Assembly (NCBI GenBank): GCA_964016885.1
Contig: OZ024742.1
Coordinates: 129,580,001-129,644,000, forward strand
Direction: 5' to 3'
DNA: 64,000 bases
From: Eledone cirrhosa
Taxonomy: Eukaryota
Shown: in pieces, positions 1-15,000 of the stretch
Layout of the letters: each line of letters starts with the position of its first letter
Position numbering within the stretch: the first letter of the stretch is position 1
The notes under the pieces: model-generated
What the model saw: only the letters and a program-made list of their open reading frames with translations
Databases searched by the model: none
What the model was told of the DNA's origin: nothing
Position numbers and translations under genes: made by a program

Positions 1-3000
1 CCAAAGACATTCTATTTGTGACTGTTCTATCTCTCTTTCTGTCATTGCCCCCCCCTTCTCATGTCCAAACACATTCTATTTGTGACTGTTCTATCTCTCT
101 TTCTTTCATTGCCCCCCCCCTTCTTATGTCCAAAGACATTCTATTTGTGACTGTTCTATCTCTCTTTCTTTCATTGCCCCCCCCCCCACCTTCTTATGTC
201 CAAACACATTCTATTTGTGACTGTTCTATCTCTCTTTCTTTCATTGCCTCCCCGCCTTCTTATGTCCAAAGACATTCTATTTGTGACTGTTCTATCTCTC
301 TTTCTGTCATTGCCCCCCCCTTCTCATGTCCAAACACATTCTATTTGTGACTGTTCTATCTCTCTTTCTTTCATTGCCCCCCCCCCTTCTTATGTCCAAA
401 CACATTCTATTTGTGACTGTTCTATCTCTCTTTCTTTCATTGCCTCCCCCCCCCCCCCTTCTTATGTCCAAAGACATTCTATTTGTGACTGTTCTATCTC
501 TCTTTCTTTCATTGCCCCCCCCCCCTTCTTATGTCCAAAGACATTCTATTTGTGACTGTTCTATCTCTCTTTCTTTCATTGCCTCCCCGCCTTCTTATGT
601 CCAAACACATTCTATTTGTGACTGTTCTATCTCTCTTTCTTTCATTGCCTCCCCGCCTTCTTATGTCCAAAGACATTCTATTTGTGACTGTTCTATCTCT
701 CTTTCTTTCATTGCCCCCCCCCCCCCTTCTTATGTCCAAAGACATTCTATTTGTGACTGTTCTATCTCTCTTTCTTTCATTGCCCCCCCCCTTCTCATGT
801 CCAAACACATTCTATTTGTGACTGTTCTATCTCTCTTTCTTTCATTGCCTCCCCCCTTCTCATGTCCAAACACATTCTATTTGTGACTGTTCTATCTCTC
901 TTTCTTTCATTGCCCCCCCCCCCCTTCTCATGTCCAAACACATTCTATTTGTGACTGCTCTATCTCTCTTTCTTTCATTGCCCCCCCCCCCTTCTCATGT
1001 CCAAACACATTCTATTTGTGACTGTTCTATCTCTCTTTCTTTCATTGCCTCCCCCCTTCTTATGTCCAAAGACATTCTATTTGTGACTGTTCTATCTCTC
1101 TTTCTTTCATTGCCCCCCCCCCCCCCCTTCTCATGTCCAAACACATTCTATTTGTGACTGTTCTATCTCTCTTTCTTTCATTGCCTCCCCCCTTCTTATG
1201 TCCAAAGACATTCTATTTGTGACTGTTCTATCTCTCTTTCTTTCATTGCCCCCCCCCCTTCTTATGTCCAAAGACATTCTATTTGTGACTGTTCTATCTC
1301 TCTTTCTTTCATTGCCCCCCCCCCCTTCTTATGTCCAAAGACATTCTATTTGTGACTGTTCTATCTCTCTTTCTTTCATTGCCCCCCCCCCTTCTTATGT
1401 CCAAAGACATTCTATTTGTGACTGTTCTATCTCTCTTTCTTTCATTGCCCCCCCCCTTCTTATGTCCAAATACATTCTATTTGTGACTGTTCTATCTCTC
1501 TTTCTTTCATTGCCCCCCCCCCTTCTTATGTCCAAAGACATTCTATTTGTGACTGTTCTATCTCTCTTTCTTTCATTGCCTCCCCGCCTTCTTATGTCCA
1601 AAGACATTCTATTTGTGACTGTTCTATCTCTCTTTCTTTCATTGCCTCCCCGCCTTCTCATGTCCAAACACATTCTATTTGTGACTGTTCTATCTCTCTT
1701 TCTTTCATTGCCCCCCCCCCTTCTTATGTCCAAAGACATTCTATTTGTGACTGTTCTATCTCTCTTTCTTTCATTGCCTCCCCGCCTTCTCATGTCCAAA
1801 CACATTCTATTTGTGACTGTTCTATCTCTCTTTCTTTCATTGCCCCCCCCCCTTCTTATGTCCAAAGACATTCTATTTGTGACTGTTCTATCTCTCTTTC
1901 TTTCATTGCCTCCCCGCCTTCTCATGTCCAAACACATTCTATTTGTGACTGTTCTATTTCTCTTTCTTTCGTTGCCCCCCCCCCCCTTCTTATCTCCAAA
2001 GACATTCTATTTGTGACTGTTCTATCTCTCTTTCTTTCATTGCCTCCCCGCCTTCTCATGTCCAAACACATTCTATTTGTGACTGTTCTATCTCTCTTTC
2101 TTTCATTGCCCCCCCCCCTTCTTATGTCCAAAACATTCTATTTGTTACTGTTCTATCTCTCTTTCTTTCATTGCCTCCCCTCTTCTTATGTCCAAACACA
2201 TTCTATTTGTGACTGTTCTATCTCTCTTTCTTTCATTGCCTCCCCGCCTTCTTATGTCCAAACACATTCTATTTGTTACTGTTCTATCTCTCTTTCTTTC
2301 ATTGCCTCCCCTCTTCTTATGTCCAAACACATTCTATTTGTGACTGTTCTATTTCTCTTTCTTTCGTTGCCCCCCCCCTTCTTATGTCCAAAGACATTCT
2401 ATTTGTGACTGTTCTATCTCTCTTTCTTTCATTGCCTCACCTCTTCTTATGTCCAAACACATTCTATTTGTGACTGTTCTATCTCTCTTTCTTTCATTGC
2501 CTCCCCGCCTTCTCATGTCCAAACACATTCTATTTGTGACTGTTCTATCTCTCTTTCTTTCATTGCCCCCCCCTTCTTATGTCCAAAACATTCTATTTGT
2601 GACTGTTCTATCTCTCTTTCTTTCATTGCCTCCCCTCTTCTTATGTCCAAACACATTCTATTTGTGAATGTTCTATCTCTCTTTCTTTCATTGCCCCCCC
2701 CCCTTCTTATGTCCAAAGACATTCTATTTGTGACTGTTCTATCTCTCTTTCTTTCATTGCCCCCCCCCCTTCTTATGTCCAAAGACATTCTATTTGTGAC
2801 TGTTCTATCTCTCTTTCTTTCATTTCCTCCCCCCCCTTCTTATGTCCAAAGACATTCTATTTGTGACTGTTCTATCTCTCTTTCTTTCATTGCCCCCCCC
2901 CTTCTTATGTCCAAAGACATTCTATTTGTGACTGTTCTATCTCTCTTTCTTTCATTGCCTCCCCGCCTTCTTATGTCCAAAGACATTCTATTTGTGACTG

Positions 3001-6000
3001 TTCTATCTCTCTTTCTTTCATTGCCTCCCCGCCTTCTTATGTCCAAAGACATTCTATTTGTGACTGTTCTATCTCTCTTTCTTTCATTGCCCCCCCCCCC
3101 CTTCTTATGTCCAAAGACATTCTATTTGTGACTGTTCTATCTCTCTTTCTGTCATTGCCCCACCCCCTTCTCATGTCCAAAAACATTCTATTTGTGACTG
3201 TTCTATCTCTCTTTCTTTCATTGCCCTCCCCCCTTCTTATGTCCAAAGACATTCTATTTGTGACTGTTCTATCTCTCTTTCTTTCATTGCCCCCCCCCCT
3301 TCTTATGTCCAAAGACATTCTATTTGTGACTGTTCTATCTCTCTTTCTTTCATTGCCCTCCCCCCTTCTTATGTCCAAAGACATTCTATTTGTGACTGTT
3401 CTATCTCTCTTTCTTTCATTGCCCTCCCCCCTTCTTATGTCCAAAGACATTCTATTTGTGACTGTTCTATCTCTCTTTCTTTCATTGCCTCCCCGCCTTC
3501 TTATGTCCAAAGATATTCTATTTGTGACTGTTCTATCTCTCTTTCTTTCATTGCCTCCCCGCCTTCTCATGTCCAAACACATTCTATTTGTGACTGTTCT
3601 ATCTCTCTTTCTTTCATTGCCCCCCCCCCCCCCCTTCTTATGTCCAAAGACATTCTATTTGTAACTGTTCTATCTCTCTTTCTTTCATTGCCCCCCCCCC
3701 CACCTTCTTATGTCCAAAGACATTCTATTTGTGACTGTTCTATCTCTCTTTCTTTCATTGCCTCCCCGCCTTCTCATGTCCAAAGACATTCTATTTGTGA
3801 CTGTTCTATCTCTCTTTCTTTCATTGCCTCCCCGCCTTCTTATGTCCAAAGACATTCTATTTGTGACTGTTCTATCTCTCTTTCTTTCATTGCCTCCCCG
3901 CCTTCTCATGTCCAAACACATTCTATTTGTGACTGTTCTATCTCTCTTTCTTTCATTGCCTCCCCGCCTTCTTATGTCCAAAGACATTCTATTTGTGACT
4001 GTTCTATCTCTCTTTCTTTCATTGCCTCCCCGCCTTCTCATGTCCAAACACATTCTATTTGTGACTGTTCTATCTCTCTTTCTTTCATTGCCCCCCCCCC
4101 CCTTCTTATGTCCAAAGACATTCTATTTGTGACTGTTCTATCTCTCTTTCTTTCATTGCCCCCCCCCCTTCTTATGTCCAAACACATTCTATTTGTGACT
4201 GTTCTATCTCTCTTTCTTTCATTGCCCCCCCCCTTCTTATGTCCAAAGACATTCTATTTGTGACTGTTCTATCTCTCTTTCTTTCATTGCCTCCCCGCCT
4301 TCTCATGTCCAAACACATTCTATTTGTGACTGTTCTATCTCTCTTTCTTTCATTGCCTCCCCGCCTTCTCATGTCCAAACACATTCTATTTGTGACTGTT
4401 CTATCTCTCTTTCTTTCATTGCCCCCCCCCCCTTCTTATGTCCAAAGACATTCTATTTGTGACTGTTCTATCTCTCTTTCTTTCATTGCCTCCCCTCTTC
4501 TTATGTCCAAACACATTCTATTTGTGACTGTTCTATCTCTCTTTCTTTCATTGCCTCCCCTCTTCTTATGTCCAAACACATTCTATTTGTGAATGTTCTA
4601 TCTCTCTTTCTTTCATTGCCCCCCCCCCCCCTTCTTATGTCCAAAGACATTCTATTTGTGACTGTTCTATCTCTCTTTCTTTCATTGCACCCCCCCCCTT
4701 CTTATGTCCAAAGACATTCTATTTGTGACTGTTCTATCTCTCTTTCTTTCATTTCCTCCCCCCCTTCTTATGTCCAAAGACATTCTATTTGTGACTGTTC
4801 TATCTCTCTTTCTTTCATTGCCCCCCCCCCTTCTTATGTCCAAAGACATTCTATTTGTGACTGTTCTATCTCTCTTTCTTTCATTGCCCCCCCCCCTTCT
4901 TATGTCCAAACACATTCTATTTGTGACTGTTCTATCTCTCTTTCTTTCATTGCCTCCCCGCCTTCTCATGTCCAAAGACATTCTATTTGTGACTGTTCTA
5001 TCTCTCTTTCTTTCATTGCCCCCCCCCCCCTTCTTATGTCCAAAGACATTCTATTTGTGACTGTTCTATCTCTCTTTCTTTCATTGCCCCCCCCCCCTTC
5101 TTATGTCCAAACACATTCTATTTGTGACTGTTCTATCTCTCTTTCTTTCATTGCCTCCCCGCCTTCTCATGTCCAAAGACATTCTATTTGTGACTGTTCT
5201 ATCTCTCTTTCTTTCATTGCCTCCCCGCCTTCTTATGTCCAAACACATTCTATTTGTGACTGTTCTATCTCTCTTTCTTTCATTGCCCCCCCCGCCTTCT
5301 TATGTCCAAAGACATTCTATTTGTGACTGTTCTATCTCTCTTTCTTTCATTGCCCCCCCCCCCTTCTTATGTCCAAAGACATTCTATTTGTGACTGTTCT
5401 ATCTCTCTTTCTTTCATTGCCCCCCCCCGCCTTCTTATGTCCAAAGACATTCTATTTGTGACTGTTCTATCTCTCTTTCTTTCATTGCCCCCCCCCGCCT
5501 TCTTATGTCCAAAGACATTCTATTTGTGACTGTTCTATCTCTCTTTCTTTCATTGCCCCCCCCCCTTCTTATGTCCAAAGACATTCTATTTGTGACTGTT
5601 CTATCTCTCTTTCTTTCATTGCCTCCCCGCCTTCTCATGTCCAAAGACATTCTATTTGTGACTGTTCTATCTCTCTTTCTTTCATTGCCCCCCCCGCCTT
5701 CTTATGTCCAAAGACATTCTATTTGTGACTGTTCTATCTCTCTTTCTTTCATTGCCCCCCCCCCCCGCCTTCTTATGTCCAAAGACATTCTATTTGTGAC
5801 TGTTCTATCTCTATTTCTTTCATTGCCCCCCCCCCCCTTCTTATGTCCAAAGACATTCTATTTGTGACTGTTCTATCTCTCTTTCTTTCATTGCCTCCCC
5901 GCCTTCTCATGTCCAAAGACATTCTATTTGTGACTGTTCTATCTCTCTTTCTTTCATTGCCCCCCCCGCCTTCTTATGTCCAAAGACATTCTATTTGTGA

Positions 6001-9000
6001 CTGTTCTATCTCTCTTTCTTTCATTGCCCCCCCCCGCCTTCTTATGTCCAAAGACATTCTATTTGTGACTGTTCTATCTCTCTTTCTTTCATTGCCCCCC
6101 CCCCTTCTTATGTCCAAAGACATTCTATTTGTGACTGTTCTATCTCTCTTTCTTTCATTGCCTCCCCCGCCTTCTCATGTCCAAAGACATTCTATTTGTG
6201 ACTGTTCTATCTCTCTTTCTTTCATTGCCCCCCCCGCCTTCTTATGTCCAAAGACATTCTATTTGTGACTGTTCTATCTCTCTTTCTTTCATTGCCCCCC
6301 CCCCCCCCCTTCTTATGTCCAAAGACATTCTATTTGTGACTGTTCTATCTCTCTTTCTTTCATTGCCCCCCCCGCCTTCTTATGTCCAAAGACATTCTAT
6401 TTGTGACTGTTCTATCTCTCTTTCTTTCATTGCCCCCCCCCCCCTTCTTATGTCCAAAGACATTCTATTTGTGACTGTTCTATCTCTCTTTCTTTCATTG
6501 CCTCCCCGCCTTCTCATGTCCAAAGACATTCTATTTGTGACTGTTCTATCTCTCTTTCTTTCATTGCCCCCCCCCCCGCCTTCTTATGTCCAAAGACATT
6601 CTATTTGTGACTGTTCTATCTCTCTTTCTTTCATTGCCCCCCCCCCCTTCTTATGTCCAAAGACATTCTATTTGTGACTGTTCTATCTCTCTTTCTTTCA
6701 TTGCCCCCCCCGCCTTCTTATGTCCAAAGACATTCTATTTGTGACTGTTCTATCTCTCTTTCTTTCATTGCCCCCCCCCCGCCTTCTTATGTCCAAAGAC
6801 ATTCTATTTGTGACTGTTCTATCTCTCTTTCTTTCATTGCCCCACCCCCCCCCTTCTTATGTCCAAAGACATTCTATTTGTGACTGTTCTATCTCTCTTT
6901 CTTTCATTGCCCCCCCCCGCCTTCTTATGTCCAAAGACATTCTATTTGTGACTGTTCTATCTCTCTTTCTTTCATTGCCCCCCCCCCCTTCTTATGTCCA
7001 AAGACATTCTATTTGTGACTGTTCTATCTCTCTTTCTTTCATTGCCTCCCCGCCTTCTCATGTCCAAAGACATTCTATTTGTGACTGTTCTATCTCTCTT
7101 TCTTTCATTGCCCCCCCCGCCTTCTTATGTCCAAAGACATTCTATTTGTGACTGTTCTATCTCTCTTTCTTTCATTGCCCCCCCCCCTTCTTATGTCCAA
7201 AGACATTCTATTTGTGACTGTTCTATCTCTCTTTCTTTCATTGCCTCCCCGCCTTCTCATGTCCAAACACATTCTATTTGTGACTGTTCTATCTCTCTTT
7301 CTTTCATTGCCCCCCCGCCTTCTTATGTCCAAACACATTCTATTTGTGACTGTTCTATCTCTCTTTCTTTCATTGCCTCCCCGCCTTCTTATGTCCAAAG
7401 ACATTCTATTTGTGACTGTTCTATCTCTCTTTCTTTCATTGCCCTCCCCCCTTCTTATGTCCAAAGACATTCTATTTGTGACTGTTCTATCTCTCTTTCT
7501 TTCATTGCCCCCCCCCCCTTCTTATGTCCAAAGACATTCTATTTGTGACTGTTCTATCTCTCTTTCTTTCATTGCCTCCCCGCCTTCTTATGTCCAAAGA
7601 CATTCTATTTGTGACTGTTCTATCTCTCTTTCTTTCATTGCCCTCCCCCCTTCTTATGTCCAAAGACATTCTATTTGTGACTGTTCTATCTCTCTTTCTT
7701 TCATTGCCCCCCCCCCTTCTTATGTCCAAAGACATTCTATTTGTGACTGTTCTATCTCTCTTTCTTTCATTGCCTCCCCGCCTTCTTATGTCCAAAGACA
7801 TTCTATTTGTGACTGTTCTATCTCTCTTTCTTTCATTGCCTCCCCGCCTTCTCATGTCCAAACACATTCTATTTGTGACTGTTCTATCTCTCTTTCTTTC
7901 ATTGCCCCCCCCCCTTCTTATGTCCAAAGACATTCTATTTGTGACTGTTCTATCTCTCTTTCTTTCATTGCCCCCCCCCACCTTCTTATGTCCAAAGACA
8001 TTCTATTTGTGACTGTTCTATCTCTCTTTCTTTCATTGCCTCCCCGCCTTCTTATGTCCAAAGACATTCTATTTGTGACTGTTCTATCTCTCTTTCTTTC
8101 ATTGCCTCCCCGCCTTCTCATGTCCAAACACATTCTATTTGTGACTGTTCTATCTCTCTTTCTTTCATTGCCCCCCCCCCTTCTTATGTCCAAAGACATT
8201 CTATTTGTGACTGTTCTATCTCTCTTTCTTTCATTGCCCCCCCCCCCCTTCTTATGTCCAAAGACATTCTATTTGTGACTGTTCTATCTCTCTTTCTTTC
8301 ATTGCCTCCCCGCCTTCTTATGTCCAAAGACATTCTATTTGTGACTGTTCTATCTCTCTTTCTTTCATTGCCTCCCCGCCTTCTCATGTCCAAACACATT
8401 CTATTTGTGACTGTTCTATCTCTCTTTCTTTCATTGCCCCCCCCCCTTCTTATGTCCAAAGACATTCTATTTGTGACTGTTCTATCTCTCTTTCTTTCAT
8501 TGCCCCCCCCCCACCTTCTTATGTCCAAAGACATTCTATTTGTGACTGTTCTATCTCTCTTTCTTTCATTGCCTCCCCGCCTTCTTATGTCCAAAGACAT
8601 TCTATTTGTGACTGTTCTATCTCTCTTTCTTTCATTGCCTCCCCGCCTTCTTATGTCCAAACACATTCTATTTGTGACTGTTCTATCTCTCTTTCTTTCA
8701 TTGCTCCCCCCCCTTCTTATGTCCAAAGACATTCTATTTGTGACTGTTCTATCTCTCTTTCTGTCATTGCCCCCCCCTTCTCATGTCCAAACACATTCTA
8801 TTTGTGACTGTTCTATCTCTCTTTCTTTCATTGCCCCCCCCCCTTCTTATGTCCAAAGACATTCTATTTGTGACTGTTCTATCTCTCTTTCTTTCATTGC
8901 CTCCCCGCCTTCTTATGTCCAAAGACATTCTATTTGTGACTGTTCTATCTCTCTTTCTTTCATTGCCTCCCCGCCTTCTCATGTCCAAACACATTCTATT

Positions 9001-12000
9001 TGTGACTGTTCTATCTCTCTTTCTTTCATTGCCTCCCCGCCTTCTTATGTCCAAAGACATTCTATTTGTGACTGTTCTATCTCTCTTTCTTTCATTGCCT
9101 CCCCGCCTTCTTATGTCCAAAGACATTCTATTTGTGACTGTTCTATCTCTCTTTCTTTCATTGCCTCCCCGCCTTCTCATGTCCAAACACATTCTATTTG
9201 TGACTGTTCTATCTCTCTTTCTTTCATTGCCCCCCCCCCTTCTTATGTCCAAAGACATTCTATTTGTGACTGTTCTATCTCTCTTTCCTTCATTGCCCCC
9301 CCCCCTTCTTATGTCCAAAGACATTCTATTTGTGACTGTTCTATCTCTCTTTCCTTCATTGCCCCCCCCCCTTCTTATGTCCAAAGACATTCTATTTGTG
9401 ACTGTTCTATCTCTCTTTCTTTCATTGCCTCCCCGCCTTCTTATGTCCAAACACATTCTATTTGTGACTGTTCTCTCTCTCTTTCTTTCATTGCCTCCCC
9501 GCCTTCTCATGTCCAAACACATTCTATTTGTGACTGTTCTATCTCTCTTTCTTTTATTGCCTCCCCGCCTTCTTATGTCCAAAGACATTCTATTTGTGAC
9601 TGTTCTATCTCTCTTTCTTTCATTGCCTCCCCGCCTTCTCATGTCCAAACACATTCTATTTGTGACTGTTCTATCTCTCTTTCTTTCATTGCCCCCCCCC
9701 CCCCCTTCTTATGTCCAAAGACATTCTATTTGTGACTGTTCTATCTCTCTTTCTTTCATTGCCTCCCCGCCTTCTCATGTCCAAACACATTCTATTTGTG
9801 ACTGTTCTATCTCTCTTTCTTTCATTGCCCCCCCCCCTTCTTATGTCCAAAGACATTCTATTTGTGACTGTTCTATCTCTCTTTCTTTCATTGCCTCCCC
9901 GCCTTCTCATGTCCAAACACATTCTATTTGTGACTGTTCTATCTCTCTTTCTTTCATTGCCCCCCCCCCCCCTTCTTATGTCCAAACACATTCTATTTGT
10001 GACTGTTCTATCTCTCTTTCTTTCATTGCCTCCCCGCCTTCTCATGTCCAAACACATTCTATTTGTGACTGTTCTATTTCTCTTTCTTTCGTTGCCCCCC
10101 CCCCTTCTTATCTCCAAAGACATTCTATTTGTGACTGTTCTATCTCTCTTTCTTTCATTGCCTCCCCGCCTTCTCATGTCCAAACACATTCTATTTGTGA
10201 CTGTTCTATCTCTCTTTCTTTCATTGCCTCCCCTCTTCTTATGTCCAAACACATTCTATTTGTGACTGTTCTATCTCTCTTTCTTTCATTGCCTCCCCTC
10301 TTCTTATGTCCAAACACATTCTATTTGTGACTGTTCTATCTCTCTTTCTTTCATTGCCCCCCCCCCCCCTTCTTATGTCCAAAGACATTCTATTTGTGAC
10401 TGTTCTATCTCTCTTTCTTTCATTGCCCCCCCCCCCCTTCTTATGTCCAAAGACATTCTATTTGTGACTGTTCTATCTCTCTTTCTTTCATTGCCCCCCC
10501 CCCCCTTCTTATGTCCAAAGACATTCTATTTGTGACTGTTCTATCTCTCTTTCTTTCATTTGCTCCCCCCCTTCTTATGTCCAAAGACATTCTATTTGTG
10601 ACTGTCCTATCTCTCTTTCTTTCATTGCCCCCCCCCCTTCTTATGTCCAAAGACATTCTATTTGTGACTGTTCTATCTCTCTTTCTTTCATTGCCTCCCC
10701 GCCTTCTTATGTCCAAAGACATTCTATTTGTGACTGTTCTATCTCTCTTTCTTTCATTGCCTCCCCGCCTTCTTATGTCCAAAGACATTCTATTTGTGAC
10801 TGTTCTATCTCTCTTTCTTTCATTGCCCCCCCCCCCCCTTCTTATGTCCAAAGACATTCTATTTGTGACTGTTCTATCTCTCTTTCTGTCATTGCCCCAC
10901 CCCCTTCTCATGTCCAAAGACATTCTATTTGTGACTGTTCTATCTCTCTTTCTTTCATTGCCCCCCCCCCCCCCATTCTTATGTCCAAAGACATTCTATT
11001 TGTGACTGTTCTATCTCTCTTTCTTTCATTGCCTCCCCGCCTTCTTATGTCCAAAGACATTCTATTTGTGACTGTTCTATCTCTCTTTCTTTCATTGCCT
11101 CCCCGCCTTCTCATGTCCAAACACATTCTATTTGTGACTGTTCTATCTCTCTTTCTTTCATTGCCCCCCCCCTTCTTATGTCCAAAGACATTCTATTTGT
11201 GACTGTTCTATCTCTCTTTCTTTCATTGCCCCCCCCCCCACCTTCTTATGTCCAAAGACATTCTATTTGTGACTGTTCTATCTCTCTTTCTTTCATTGCC
11301 TCCCCGCCTTCTTATGTCCAAAGACATTCTATTTGTGACTGTTCTATCTCTCTTTCTTTCATTGCCTCCCCGCCTTCTCATGTCCAAACACATTCTATTT
11401 GTGACTGTTCTATCTCTCTTTCTTTCATTGCCTCCCCGCCTTCTTATGTCCAAAGACATTCTATTTGTGACTGTTCTATCTCTCTTTCTTTCATTGCCTC
11501 CCCGCCTTCTCATGTCCAAACACATTCTATTTGTGACTGTTCTATCTCTCTTTCTTTCATTGCCCCCCCCCCTTCTTATGTCCAAAGACATTCTATTTGT
11601 GACTGTTCTATCTCTCTTTCTTTCATTGCCTCCCCGCCTTCTCATGTCCAAACACATTCTATTTGTGACTGTTCTATCTCTCTTTCTTTCATTGCCTCCC
11701 CGCCTTCTCATGTCCAAACACATTCTATTTGTGACTGTTCTATCTCTCTTTCTTTCATTGCCCCCCCCCCCTTCTTATGTCCAAAGACATTCTATTTGTG
11801 ACTGTTCTATCTCTCTTTCTTTCATTGCCTCCCCTCTTCTTATGTCCAAACACATTCTATTTGTGACTGTTCTATCTCTCTTTCTTTCATTGCCTCCCCG
11901 CCTTCTCATGTCCAAACACATTCTATTTGTGACTGTTCTATCTCTCTTTCTTTCATTGCCCCCCCCCCCCCTTCTTATGTCCAAAGACATTCTATTTGTG

Positions 12001-15000
12001 ACTGTTCTATCTCTCTTTCTTTCATTGCCTCCCCGCCTTCTTATGTCCAAACACATTCTATTTGTGACTGTTCTATCTCTCTTTCTTTCATTGCCTCCCC
12101 TCTTCTTATGTCCAAACACATTCTATTTGTGACTGTTCTATCTCTCTTTCTTTCATTGCCTCCCCGCCTTCTTATGTCCAAAGACATTCTATTTGTGACT
12201 GTTCTATCTCTCTTTCTTTCATTGCCTCCCCTCTTCTTATGTCCAAACACATTCTATTTGTGACTGTTCTATCTCTCTTTCTTTCATTGCCTCCCCGCCT
12301 TCTCATGTCCAAACACATTCTATTTGTGACTGTTCTATCTCTCTTTCTTTCATTGCCCCCCCCCCCCCCTTCTTATGTCCAAAGACATTCTATTTGTGAC
12401 TGTTCTATCTCTCTTTCTTTCATTGCCTCCCCGCCTTCTTATGTCCAAACACATTCTATTTGTGACTGTTCTATCTCTCTTTCTTTCATTGCCTCCCCTC
12501 TTCTTATGTCCAAACACATTCTATTTGTGACTGTTCTATCTCTCTTTCTTTCATTGCCCCCCCCCCGCCTTCTTATGTCCAAAGACATTCTATTTGTGAC
12601 TGTTCTATCTCTCTTTCTTTCATTGCCTCCCCGCCTTCTCATGTCCAAACACATTCTATTTGTGACTGTTCTATCTCTCTTTCTTTCATTGCCCCCCCCC
12701 CCCCTTCTTATGTCCAAAGACATTCTATTTGTGACTGTTCTATCTCTCTTTCTTTCATTGCCTCCCCTCTTCTTATGTCCAAAGACATTCTATTTGTGAC
12801 TGTTCTATCTCTCTTTCTTTCATTGCCTCCCCTCTTCTTATGTCCAAACACATTCTATTTGTGACTGTTCTATCTCTCTTTCTTTCATTGCCTCCCCGCC
12901 TTCTCATGTCCAAACACATTCTATTTGTGACTGTTCTATCTCTCTTTCTTTCATTGCCCCCCCCCCCCCTTCTTATGTCCAAACACATTCTATTTGTGAC
13001 TGTTCTATCTCTCTTTCTTTCATTGCCTCCCCTCTTCTTATGTCCAAACACATTCTATTTGTGACTGTTCTATCTCTCTTTCTTTCATTGCCTCCCCTCT
13101 TCTTATGTCCAAACACATTCTATTTGTGACTGTTCTATCTCTCTTTCTTTCATTGCCTCCCCGCCTTCTCATGTCCAAACACATTCTATTTGTGACTGTT
13201 CTATCTCTCTTTCTTTCATTGCCCCCCCCCCCCCCTTCTTATGTCCAAACACATTCTATTTGTGACTGTTCTATCTCTCTTTCTTTCATTGCCTCCCCTC
13301 TTCTTATGTCCAAACACATTCTATTTGTGACTGTTCTATCTCTCTTTCTTTCATTGCCTCCCCTCTTCTTATGTCCAAACACATTCTATTTGTGACTGTT
13401 CTATCTCTCTTTCTTTCATTGCCTCCCCTCTTCTTATGTCCAAACACATTCTATTTGTGACTGTTCTATCTCTCTTTCTTTCATTGCCCCCCCCCGCCTT
13501 CTTATGTCCAAAGACATTCTATTTGTGACTGTTCTATCTCTCTTTCTTTCATTGCCTCCCCGCCTTCTTATGTCCAAAGACATTCTATTTGTGACTGTTC
13601 TATCTCTCTTTCTTTCATTGCCTCCCCGCCTTCTCATGTCCAAACACATTCTATTTGTGACTGTTCTATCTCTCTTTCTTTCATTGCCCCCCCCCCCCTT
13701 CTTATGTCCAAAGACATTCTATTTGTGACTGTTCTATCTCTCTTTCTTTCATTGCGCCCCCCCCTTCTTATGTCCAAAGACATTCTATTTGTGACTGTTC
13801 TATCTCTCTTTCTTTCATTGCCTCCCCGCCTTCTTATGTCCAAAGACATTCTATTTGTGACTGTTCTATCTCTCTTTCTTTCATTGCCTCCCCGCCTTCT
13901 CATGTCCAAACACATTCTATTTGTGACTGTTCTATCTCTCTTTCTTTCATTGCCTCCCCGCCTTCTTATGTCCAAAGACATTCTATTTGTGACTGTTCTA
14001 TCTCTCTTTCTTTCATTGCCTCCCCGCCTTCTCATGTCCAAACACATTCTATTTGTGACTGTTCTATCTCTCTTTCTTTCATTGCCCCCCCCCCCGCCTT
14101 CTTATATCCAAAGACATTCTATTTGTGACTGTTCTATCTCTCTTTCTTTCATTGCCTCCCTGCCTTCTCATGTCCAAACACATTCTATTTGTAACTGTTC
14201 TATCTCTCTTTCTTTCATTGCCCCCCCCCCTTCTTATGTCCAAAGACATTCTATTTGTGACTGTTCTATCTCTCTTTCTTTCATTGCCTCCCCTCTTCTT
14301 ATGTCCAAAGACATTCTATTTGTGACTGTTCTATCTCTCTTTCTTTCATTGCCTCCCCTCTTCTTATGTCCAAACACATTCTATTTGTGACTGTTCTATC
14401 TCTCTTTCTTTCATTGCCCCCCCCCCCCCTTCTTATGTCCAAAGACATTCTATTTGTGACTGTTCTATCTCTCTTTCTTTCATTTCCTCCCCCCCCTTCT
14501 TATGTCCAAAGACATTCTATTTGTGACTGTTCTATCTCTCTTTCTTTCATTGCCCCCCCTCCTTCTTATGTCCAAAGACATTCTATTTGTGACTGTTCTA
14601 TCTCTCTTTCTTTCATTGCCCCCCCCCCTTCTTATGTCCAAAGACATTCTATTTGTGACTGTTCTATCTCTCTTTCTTTCATTGCCTCCCCGCCTTCTCA
14701 TGTCCAAACACATTCTATTTGTGACTGTTCTATCTCTCTTTCTTTCATTGCCTCCCCGCCTTCTTATGTCCAAAGACATTCTATTTGTGACTGTTCTATC
14801 TCTCTTTCTTTCATTGCCCCCCCCCCCCTTCTTATGTCCAAAGACATTCTATTTGTGACTGTTCTATCTCTCTTTCTTTCATTGCCTCCCCGCCTTCTCA
14901 AGTCCAGACACATTCTATTTGTGACTGTTCTATCTCTCTTTCTTTCATTGCCCCCCCCCCCCCTTCTTATGTCCAAAGACATTCTATTTGTGACTGCTCT

